Source of the DNA: Chthoniobacteraceae bacterium
GTDB taxonomy: Bacteria > Verrucomicrobiota > Verrucomicrobiia > Chthoniobacterales > Chthoniobacteraceae
Length of the DNA stretch: 26,717 bases
Reading direction: 5' to 3'
Assembly: GCA_031409655.1 (NCBI GenBank)
Contig: JANNXQ010000108.1
Location: forward strand, 1 to 26,717
Positions 1 through 6,885 of the stretch are shown in pieces. Made by a program: the position numbers and the translations under genes. Positions within the stretch are counted from its first letter, which is position 1; each line of letters starts with the position of its first letter. Under the pieces are notes generated by a model, which was given only the letters and a program-made list of their open reading frames with translations, was not told the origin of the DNA and did not search any database.

Positions 1-149
1 GTGGTGATGAGGAGTTCAGGCCGGGCTGAGACCCGGTCCGACAGGACTGGCGTGTCAGCCGCGTCGAGTTGAGGAACGGGGGCGCAGAGCAAACAGAAGA
101 TGGCGGTGGTGAGCAGCAGAAATTGTCTGACTGAGAGGAGCGGGTTCAT
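1..149 (-). CDS. Partial CDS: N-terminus of a probable secreted protein, running off the left edge
   Basis: ATG at 149 (minus strand), 24 bp downstream of the oxidoreductase stop. My translation MNPLLSVRQFLLLTTAIFCLLCAPVPQLDAADTPVLSDRVSARPELLIT is open to the window edge and resembles a signal peptide. Not in the ORF track. Confidence 0.6.
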   Translation of the reverse strand, partial: MNPLLSVRQFLLLTTAIFCLLCAPVPQLDAADTPVLSDRVSARPELLIT

Positions 150-173
150 GGATGGGCGTTTTATAGGATAAGA

Positions 174-1730
174 CTAATCCCTGGCCAGCAACGCCATGGC
201 CGCATTATGGCCGGCGATGCCGCTGACCCCGCCGCCACGGCGCGCTCCCGCGCCGGCGAGATAAATATGCGGGTCATCGGTTTCAGCGCCCCAGCGTTGC
301 TGGTCTGCTCCGCCCTCATGGTCATCAAGGAAGGGGAAATCCAAATCGCGGTGGAAGATGTTTCCGCGAGGCAGAGAAATGTCCTTCTCGAGATCGAGAG
401 GTGATTTCACTTCGATCGCCAGCGAGCCATCGCGGCAGGGAGCGAGGACGGATTCGATGGGATCGAGCAGATATTGATTCAGGCTGGCGATGGCGTGCTC
501 CCTGGCCAGGGCCTTGGCGCGCTCCGGATCGGCATCGAAGAGTTTTGCGGGGGTGTGAAGTCCAAAGAGAGTGAGCGTTTGAAACCCTTTCGCGATTAAC
601 TCTGCGGAAAGGATGCTGGGATCGGTCAGGGTGTGGCAATACAGCTCCAGCGGGAGCGGCCGCGGCATCTCCCCTCCGCGGGCGCGGGAGTAGGCAGCTT
701 CCAATTGGGAGTAACTTTCATTGACGTGGAACGTGCCGGCAAAGGCGAGTCGTGGATTCACCCCCGATTTCAGCCGCGGCAGGCGCGACAGGAGCATGTT
801 GATTTTCAATTGTGAACCCTCGAGAGACTTTGGTATGGCGCGCCCGCGCATTCGCGCCAGATGTTGGGGCGCGGCGGCAAAGAGCAGATCTCTGGCGCAA
901 TAGGTGTGGCCGGATTCCGTTTCGATGTGGACGCCCGCAGGACCACTTTCCAACGCCGCGACCTTGCATTGCAGTTTGATCTCCACGCCATGCAACGTGG
1001 CGATGCGATGCAGCTCCTTGACCAAAGCGCCCATTCCGCCCTGCGGCACGCGCCACTGTCCGGTGCCGTTGCCAATCAGGTGATAGAGGAAACAGCGGTT
1101 GGCCTGCAGGTCATCTGCCGAAACAAACGTCCCGATCAGCGCATCGGTCAGAACTACGCCTTGCACAAGGTCGTCACTAAACCGATTGCGAATGACTTCG
1201 CTGATTGGGATCTCCATCAAATTGCGCCAAACCTCCGGCAACCCCATTTCGGATTTGAGTTCAGCCGCGCTCTTGAGGGGCTGGAGCATGGAGGGCGCGA
1301 GCCGTTTGGCCAGCTCGGCAATCTCCCCGTAAAACTTCCGCCAGGCTTTACCCTCCTGATCCGATCCGGTCAGCCGTCTGAAGCAGCTCGCAGTCGGTTC
1401 ATCCCACTCAGTGGAAACCAAAACACCATCATCCCGACCATCCCTCTGATAAGGAGTGTAGGAAGCGACGGCGCGTCCGAGGATTTTGAAGTTGATTCCC
1501 AAATCAGCGACGATCTGATCGGGCAGCAGCGATACCAAATAGGAGTAACGCGATAGCCGCGCATCGTATTCAGGAAAGGGTTGCACGCTGGTGGTCGCGC
1601 CACCGAGTTCGGCCTGTGCTTCCAGCAGGAGAACGGCTTTCCCCGCTTTCGCGAGATAGGTCGCCGCCACCAGCCCGTTGTGCCCGCCACCAACGACGAT
1701 GACGTCGTAAACTTTGAGGGAGTGGTTCAT
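174..1730 (-). CDS. FAD-dependent oxidoreductase, phytoene dehydrogenase-like (COG1233 type)
   Basis: N-terminal dinucleotide-binding motif DVIVVGGGHNGLVAATYLAKAG, GGMGAL, and C-terminal GAGARRGGGVSGIAGHNAA. Start moved to ATG 1730 (MNHSLKVYD) because the upstream ORF extension runs into the IS remnant. Confidence 0.88.
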   Translation of the reverse strand: MNHSLKVYDVIVVGGGHNGLVAATYLAKAGKAVLLLEAQAELGGATTSVQPFPEYDARLSRYSYLVSLLPDQIVADLGINFKILGRAVASYTPYQRDGRDDGVLVSTEWDEPTASCFRRLTGSDQEGKAWRKFYGEIAELAKRLAPSMLQPLKSAAELKSEMGLPEVWRNLMEIPISEVIRNRFSDDLVQGVVLTDALIGTFVSADDLQANRCFLYHLIGNGTGQWRVPQGGMGALVKELHRIATLHGVEIKLQCKVAALESGPAGVHIETESGHTYCARDLLFAAAPQHLARMRGRAIPKSLEGSQLKINMLLSRLPRLKSGVNPRLAFAGTFHVNESYSQLEAAYSRARGGEMPRPLPLELYCHTLTDPSILSAELIAKGFQTLTLFGLHTPAKLFDADPERAKALAREHAIASLNQYLLDPIESVLAPCRDGSLAIEVKSPLDLEKDISLPRGNIFHRDLDFPFLDDHEGGADQQRWGAETDDPHIYLAGAGARRGGGVSGIAGHNAAMALLARD

Positions 1731-1784
1731 AACATCACGGTTTGTCGGCAACGAAGGCTGGCCGCGAGAGGACGCCTTTGGAGA

Positions 1785-2330
1785 GCTTCTTCCGGCATTA
1801 GATTGGGTAGAGATCGAGCCCTCCGCAGACAAGAAGGATGCGGGTGCGGTAGTTCTGAAACGCCCGGAACCCGCACGTTGGCTTTGATGGCCGGGATCTT
1901 CGAGCTGAGTCCTTCAGTTACTGCGTTGGTGATCGGGTGACGCAGGGAGGTGACGAAGTTCTCAAAGTGCCGCTTCAACCTCTTTGCCACTTTGATCATT
2001 GGCTGGAGCCGGCCGCGGCGCGCCCACCCATACCATTCTTGGAAGAGCTTTCGCGCGCTGCCTTCATCACTGTAAGACCAGAAGCGCCGGATGACTTCCT
2101 TGATCGCCCAGGCCCGCGCGCTCTTTAAGTCGCTCCCTCTCAACTCCGCAAATCTCACCGCCTGCTCCTCGTCGATCTTGTCGGGATCGAATCCGAAGAC
2201 CCCCTGCGTTCCCTTGAGCCGGTCGTCACCCAAACTTCTACAAGCGTCGGTTTTCCTCCCGATGCACCGCCGCCACCGCGTCATTGAGCTGCGCGCTAAA
2301 GTGAAAGCGATCATCGTGTCTCTGTGGTTC
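1785..2330 (-). pseudogene. ISL3-family transposase, C-terminal fragment, with probable right IS end
   Basis: Three frames join to give DRFHFSAQLNDAVAAVHREENRRL* / GDDRLKGTQ...ARAWAIKE...WYGWARRGRLQPMIKVAKRLKRH...ITNAVTEGLSSKI / FRAFQNYRTRILLVCGGLDLYPI* (TAA at 1798-1800). This matches ISL3 C-termini and contains two frameshifts and one internal stop. A terminal-IR-like GCTTCTTCCGGCATTAGATTGGGTAG begins at 1785. The 5' part is absent. Confidence 0.88.
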
Positions 2331-2472
2331 CAGTCATCGCCGTATGATTCTGCCCGTGCGCGATGTGGTCGCCTCCGCCCTTTACCCCCTTCCCAGCAGC
2401 CCTCTGGTTTCCGTGAATTCGGCATTCATCGGTCTCGGCCAGGTGCTCCAGTAATCGCGGAGCAGTTTGCAC

Positions 2473-3552
2473 TCACTTCCCGGCCTTGAGCTTGTGGATG
2501 AGGAACTCGTGCATCTTTTCCTCGCCGCCCTGCGTCACGGTGCATTCGAGACCCAGCTTCTCCATCGCCTCCTTGAGCTTCTGGCCGAGCCGGATGTGAT
2601 GCACCCACGCGCCCTCGCTCGTGGACGCCGTCACCGGCACGTCTCCCGCCTTATAGACCATAGACACCGGCGGATCGTCGGCCGTGAGGTGCGTGATGGC
2701 GGAGGCGTCGCGCGCGAGCTTCTGCACCCGCTCCGAGTTCCAGTCCGCGTCGCTCTTCACCGCGTAGAAGTCCTTCAGCGCCGAGTGCGGCGCGAGGTTC
2801 GGCACGCCGAACCACTCGCGGAACGTCCGCATGTCGTAGGTGGACTGCCCGTTCGTGGTCCCCGCCGCCACCAGCCGCGTGGACTGCCGCGCCACCGGAT
2901 CGCTCGCGTCCGGCTTCGCCAGATCCTTATGAAACGCCAGCCAGAGCGAAATGCCCGCGCCCGCCGAGCCGCCGTGGCTCGCCACGCGCGTCGCATCCAG
3001 GTTCCACTCCCCCGCCTTGCTGCGGATGACTTGCAGCGCCCGCGCGCAATCCATCATCGCGATCGGATACGGATTCTTCCCCCCTTCGCTGAGCCGATAG
3101 CTGAGCGAGGCAAACGAGACGCCCTTGTCCAGAAACACCTGCACCACCGCCTTCGACACCGCCTTGTCCCCGCCGCGAAACCCGCCCCCGTGGATGAATA
3201 GGCACAGCGGAGTCGGCTTCCCGTCCTCCGGTTTCGCCAGCCAGATGTCGAAGACCTGCTTCGGATCCTCCCCGTAGGCCACATCCGCAAGCGTCGGCGC
3301 GAACCGCTCCCTGCCTGCGCGCTTCGGCGCGTCCGCCCGAGCTTGCTGCATACTTTCGTATTTCTGGCGAAACGCCTTCGCCTCCTCCGCCGTCAGCTTG
3401 CCGTCCTTGTTCGCGTCGCTCTCCGGGAATTTCTTGAGAAAGTTCTCCAGCTTCTCCGCCCCCGGCCCGCGCGCGCCATCCTGCGCGCCCAGCCGCCCGG
3501 CAGCGGGAAAAAGAAGGGAAAGGACCAGGGCGAATCGGAGGGAGGTATTCAT
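2473..3552 (-). CDS. Secreted alpha/beta hydrolase (esterase/lipase) with an N-terminal EF-hand-like motif
   Basis: Signal peptide MNTSLRFALVLSLLFPAAGRLGA, EF-hand-like DANKDGKLTAEE, oxyanion motif HGGGF, nucleophile elbow GGSAG. Start moved to 3552; the longer ORF reads through a REP element. Confidence 0.88.
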   Translation of the reverse strand: MNTSLRFALVLSLLFPAAGRLGAQDGARGPGAEKLENFLKKFPESDANKDGKLTAEEAKAFRQKYESMQQARADAPKRAGRERFAPTLADVAYGEDPKQVFDIWLAKPEDGKPTPLCLFIHGGGFRGGDKAVSKAVVQVFLDKGVSFASLSYRLSEGGKNPYPIAMMDCARALQVIRSKAGEWNLDATRVASHGGSAGAGISLWLAFHKDLAKPDASDPVARQSTRLVAAGTTNGQSTYDMRTFREWFGVPNLAPHSALKDFYAVKSDADWNSERVQKLARDASAITHLTADDPPVSMVYKAGDVPVTASTSEGAWVHHIRLGQKLKEAMEKLGLECTVTQGGEEKMHEFLIHKLKAGK

Positions 3553-3638
3553 GCTTTTGCCAATCCCGCTGCGAGCGCGAGCGTTAGAGTTATAGGAGCG
3601 CGCAGTCTGGAAGGTCGCCCATTCATCCCGATTGCCCT

Positions 3639-3760
3639 CTCGTTCCCAAACTCTGTTTGGGAATGCTCGTGCTGGCGAAACTCCGTTTCGTGGCGGTTCG
3701 TCCCACAGGGCAACGGAGTTGCGAAGACAGGCGCGTTCCCAAACGGAGTTTGGGAACGAG
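3639..3760. repeat. REP doublet (REPIN-like), family A, copy 1, 122 bp
   Basis: CTCGTTCCCAAACTCTGTTTGGGAATG...GCGTTCCCAAACGGAGTTTGGGAACGAG. Each end is itself a hairpin (TTCCCAAAC-N4-GTTTGGGAA) and the two ends are inverted. Inner small hairpins CGAAACTCCGTTTCG and GCAACGGAGTTGC. Confidence 0.92.
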
Positions 3761-3824
3761 GGGAAAAGTGCATGTTTCGGAGTTGTGTGACGACACCGTG
3801 ACGGATAGACCGGATTCCGTGAGA

Positions 3825-4391
3825 ATGCCCACGAAGATCGGCCTGCCACGAGAAGAGCGTTCGCCGGCTTGGAGGTGTCGATATTGCAAGTGTGAAGTCC
3901 TTGATGCGCCAAGTGTTATGCGAGACCACCTGTTCCGGGTTCACTCAATCCGAATTTTCCACGATTTGGATTTTGCATCGCATTTCAGGATTCCCGAGCG
4001 TCCAGACCCTATTTCAGTTCGTCGGACCGAATCTCCGAGGGGAACGGTTATGCAGTGCAGGTACTGCTCTTCCCGCAAACCGCTCGTCGCGAAGCTCCTG
4101 GAGGACCAGTTAAAAAAGAAGCATCATATGGCCATTGAGAGCGGCGATGCAGTCAGGTGCCATTTTACCGTCGCCGAATCCGCTCCCGGGAGGCCTGCGC
4201 CGACGATACCCGCAGTGGAGGCTCTCCTGCGACATGCAACCCCGTCCGACGCTCAGCTAATCCGAGCAGAGCACAGACAAAAGAAGGCCCTTCAACAAAA
4301 GAGGCGAAGGGTTGAGGCCGTGCAGCCCGGCCCTGGTCTTTCGACCGGCGAAGCCCGTAAGCGGCCATATATACACAAGAAAGGCCGATGA
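3825..4391 (+). CDS. Hypothetical protein (188 aa) with two C2H2-zinc-finger-like repeats and a basic C-terminus
   Basis: CRYC-x13-H-x4-H-x12-HF and CRYC-x13-Q-x4-H-x12-HF. The identical spacing indicates an internal duplication and supports a real gene. It lies wholly between the two REP doublets. The start at 3825 (MPTKIG) is uncertain. Confidence 0.62.
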   Translation: MPTKIGLPREERSPAWRCRYCKCEVLDAPSVMRDHLFRVHSIRIFHDLDFASHFRIPERPDPISVRRTESPRGTVMQCRYCSSRKPLVAKLLEDQLKKKHHMAIESGDAVRCHFTVAESAPGRPAPTIPAVEALLRHATPSDAQLIRAEHRQKKALQQKRRRVEAVQPGPGLSTGEARKRPYIHKKGR

Positions 4392-4405
4392 CGCGCTTAT
4401 TCCCC

Positions 4406-4527
4406 CTCGTTCCCAAACTCTGTTTGGGAATGCTCGTGCGGGCGAAACTCCGTTTCGCTACGGTTCGTCCCACCGGGCAACGGAGTTGCGAAAACAGGCG
4501 CGTTCCCAAACGGAGTTTGGGAACGAG
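4406..4527. repeat. REP doublet (REPIN-like), family A, copy 2, 122 bp; direct repeat of copy 1
   Basis: Same length and orientation as 3639-3760, with only a few substitutions, all between the terminal hairpins. Confidence 0.92.
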
Positions 4528-4571
4528 GGGGCACCCTTGTCGGGCGCAACTGTGTTGCGGTGGCAGGCGGC

Positions 4572-5105
4572 TCAGCGCCAGGGATCACACTTGAGCAATG
4601 GTTGCGCGCCCGGCAGCCATTCGTGCGCCGAGGAATACCGCCAATGCTCCGGCGCGACGACCCACCCGCGTTGGACCGGGTTGTGGTGAATGTAATCGAT
4701 CTTTTGAAGCATCATCTCATCTCCGGCGATGGCCTGCGGATGCACTCCTTCCTGCCAGACTTGGTGCCGGCTCGCGGTCTTATGGGCTGCTTTGTAATAG
4801 GCGAGTTGGTTCAGCAGCCAGTCGCGGTTTTCGCTCCGAATCTGTTTCAGCAGAGCGGCGGCGGTGTGTCGCTTCAGGGCGTGAAGCGTCTCCGCGAGCG
4901 CCGGGCCGGAGAGGATGGCGTGAAAGTGATTATCGAGGATGACCCAGGCGTGAATTTCCAGGGCGCGATGCTGGCGGCAGTAGAGCAGCGATTGCACGAG
5001 CACTTCGCAACACCCGTCGCTGGTGAAGACGGGCAGCCATTCGACGATCGTCGCGGTGACAAAATGCGCGGCGTCGGGTTCGAGAATCCGGTAGCGGCTG
5101 CGCAT
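4572..5105 (-). CDS. REP-associated tyrosine transposase (RAYT; Y1 HUH / IS200-like fold)
   Basis: MRSRYRI...HFVTATIVEWLPVF, HUH motif WVILDNHFHAIL, VWQEG, catalytic region KIDYIHHNPVQRGWV, and C-terminal WRYSSA. Flanked by REP palindromes on both sides. Confidence 0.9.
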   Translation of the reverse strand: MRSRYRILEPDAAHFVTATIVEWLPVFTSDGCCEVLVQSLLYCRQHRALEIHAWVILDNHFHAILSGPALAETLHALKRHTAAALLKQIRSENRDWLLNQLAYYKAAHKTASRHQVWQEGVHPQAIAGDEMMLQKIDYIHHNPVQRGWVVAPEHWRYSSAHEWLPGAQPLLKCDPWR

Positions 5106-5118
5106 GGCGCGAAGCCTG

Positions 5119-5174
5119 GGGCAACACAGTTGCCGGGACAAGTGCGTTCCCAAACGCCGCAGTTTGGGAACGAG
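5119..5174. repeat. Single (right-arm) family A REP unit just upstream of the RAYT start
   Basis: GGGCAACACAGTTGCCGGGACAAGTGCGTTCCCAAACGCCGCAGTTTGGGAACGAG. Its GCAACACAGTTGC (5121-5133) is the exact reverse complement of GCAACTGTGTTGC at 4546-4558, on the other side of the gene. Confidence 0.88.
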
Positions 5175-5358
5175 AAATCTGCTCCAGAAGAACGGCAACC
5201 TGCTCCAGAAGCGTCGAAAACTCCTTCACTCGCATCATTTTCTGCAAGCAAAGCGTCGTTCATTCGCGCCACTTTGTCGTGCCATTGCGCGGAGTTGTCG
5301 TTTTCTTTCGCAAGGAAACGATTTTTCTCCTTCGGAGAATCGTTTTTTTCTCCGGAGA

Positions 5359-5547
5359 TGTCGCGCTATTGAAGAAGATTGCCGTGCCTTGGAAGAGGAT
5401 TGCCGTGCTCTTGAAGAAGATTGCCGCGCTATTGAGGAAAGTTGCCGTGTCTTTGAAGCAGATTGCTGCGCCTTTAAGGAAGGTTGCCGCGCTTTCGAGG
5501 CAGATGGCCGCGTTTTCATCGCGGGATGCCGCGCTTTTGCCCGGCAT
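5359..5547. repeat. Degenerate 21-bp tandem array (about 9 clear units; weaker periodicity back to ~5177)
   Basis: Units TGTCGCGCTATTGAAGAAGAT, TGCCGTGCCTTGGAAGAGGAT, TGCCGTGCTCTTGAAGAAGAT, TGCCGCGCTATTGAGGAAAGT, TGCCGTGTCTTTGAAGCAGAT and further degenerate copies. Confidence 0.85.
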
Positions 5548-5607
5548 CACGGCGCGGGAAGCCACGGAAATGAGTCGAGCGAAGGACTCGGCGCTCGCCG
5601 ACCCTGC

Positions 5608-6147
5608 TCAGGCAGCGGCCGCTGTCTCGCTGCTGCCGGCCTCGGGCGCTTTGCGGAAGACCGAGGGCTTGCGACCGAAGCCGGCCCGAATCTCCTCGAT
5701 CTTTCCGCGCTTCTTCAGGCGCGAGAGGATCACGGAGATTTCGGCCCCTTGGAGGCGGCGGCCTTCGCGGGCGAGGAGCGCCTGGATGTCCTGCAGGGTG
5801 TAGTCGCCCGTCAGGCGCGCGATGGCCCACTCGACACTCATGGTGTTGGCTCCGTGCCAATTGCGGATCTTCTTCAGCTCCGGGTGCATGTAGGGCTCGG
5901 GTGGCGGCGGCGGCGGTAAAGCCTGGGGCGCGGCCTCCAGCAGCGTGACCTGGCGGGTGGGAGACGCCGCCTCCCGCTCCGGGAGCCAGCTGGGGAAAAG
6001 GGTGGCGAGGTCGATGGTCTTCGAGCCGCCACTGGCGGCGACGTGCTTGCGCAGGACCTCGAGGGTGGCGAGGAGGCATTCGCGTTCGAGGATTTCCTGC
6101 CGGAGGTGTTCCTTGCGTTCTTCGATCTGTGGGAGGGTGAGGGTCAT
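5608..6147 (-). CDS. Hypothetical protein: N-terminal coiled coil, Pro-rich linker, C-terminal winged-helix-like DNA-binding domain
   Basis: IEERKEHLRQEILERECLLATLEVLR; PPPPPPEP; YTLQDIQALL...AEISVILSRLKKRGKIEEIRAGFGRKPSVFR, which fits a wHTH recognition helix plus wing. Host-like codon usage. Start at ATG 6147. Confidence 0.7.
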   Translation of the reverse strand: MTLTLPQIEERKEHLRQEILERECLLATLEVLRKHVAASGGSKTIDLATLFPSWLPEREAASPTRQVTLLEAAPQALPPPPPPEPYMHPELKKIRNWHGANTMSVEWAIARLTGDYTLQDIQALLAREGRRLQGAEISVILSRLKKRGKIEEIRAGFGRKPSVFRKAPEAGSSETAAAA

Positions 6148-6174
6148 GCAATGCAAGACAAGCACTTGCAATGC
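6148..6174. promoter_or_regulatory. Inverted repeat abutting the start codon of the wHTH-like gene; candidate autoregulatory operator
   Basis: GCAATGCAAG-N7-CTTGCAATGC; the arms match 9/10 as an inverted repeat and lie immediately upstream of ATG 6147. Confidence 0.4.
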
Positions 6175-6291
6175 TCGGCCGGTGAAAAAGAAGGAAGAGG
6201 CCTTGCGCCTTGCGGCGGCGGCGGGTGCCAAGCAGGCTCAAGGCGAGCACGGAGCGGGAACGATCCATCTGGCATCGATGGCGGGGGTTTT

Positions 6292-6582
6292 GAAAACGCG
6301 GAGACGCGGAGGCGCAGAGGATCGCAGAGGGAGGTTACTTCCCTGCCTATCCGGTTCGTGGCCACGTTGCGGGTGAGTCGGACAGGAGTATCAAGATTGG
6401 CAGGATTCACGGGATTCCATCTGTCGAAATCCTGCAATCCTCTAAATCCTGTGAATCCTGTCTCCAATTCAGGAAGCTTGGCCACAAACCGGATAGACAT
6501 GGTTCTTTCCCTGCACCAAAAGGTGCGGGTTCCGCAAGGCCTCTACGTCCACTCTGCGGACCTCCGCGCCTCCGCGTTTTTC
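6292..6582. repeat. Nested inverted-repeat element: CGCAGAG/CTCTGCG outer arms, 18-bp middle IR, inner 9-bp CAGGATT/AATCCTG arrays
   Basis: Outer arms 6292-6330 and 6540-6582. Middle IR CTATCCGGTTCGTGGCCA (6347-6364) and TGGCCACAAACCGGATAG (6479-6496), 17/18 match. Inner 9-bp units at 6381-6416 and 6428-6462. Confidence 0.85.
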
Positions 6583-6885
6583 GAGCACTCCCCGACGGAA
6601 TTTGAACTGCATCATTCCGGCTGAGCGGGGTCGCCCTCTTCTGGGCTCGTGCATCTTTTCAATCGATACTCAGGCCTGCGGCCTGGGCGATCGAGTGACG
6701 CGCCATTGTCGCTGAAGAAACCCAAGGCTTCCTCGTTCCGGCGTGGCGACGGGCCCAGGCGTCCCGTGGGCGGGGGCGCTGAGCCAGACCATTGGCGCCG
6801 ACCGCAGCGAGCGGGCCCGCGGTGAAGCTTCCGCCGACGCAATGGCTGATGCAGACCGGCTCGAAGGCCGACCGCGCACCGACAC

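Noticed and set aside
1731..1832. N-terminal extension of the FAD oxidoreductase
   Set aside because: It overlaps the ISL3 stop and IS end, and the Rossmann motif follows immediately after ATG 1730.
3553..3912. 120-aa N-terminal extension of the esterase ORF, and the short ORFs containing PKLRLGT/PKQSLGT-type peptides
   Set aside because: These are translations of the REP doublets. The esterase signal peptide begins at 3552.
4572..5105. IS200/IS605 TnpA with TnpB
   Set aside because: No tnpB or RuvC ORF is adjacent. The length, the NPV and WRYSS motifs and the flanking REP doublets fit a RAYT.
3639..5174. GTTCCCAAAC...GTTTGGGAAC palindromes as CRISPR repeats
   Set aside because: They occur as inverted doublets separated by whole genes rather than as regularly spaced direct repeats with unique spacers. 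No cas genes are present, and the adjacent RAYT explains them as REPs.
5359..5547. 21-bp array as a CRISPR array
   Set aside because: The units are contiguous with no spacers and are degenerate.
6600..6885. Possible small gene or ncRNA between the nested repeat and the secreted hypothetical gene
   Set aside because: No frame gives a recognisable protein, and I see no known RNA motif.
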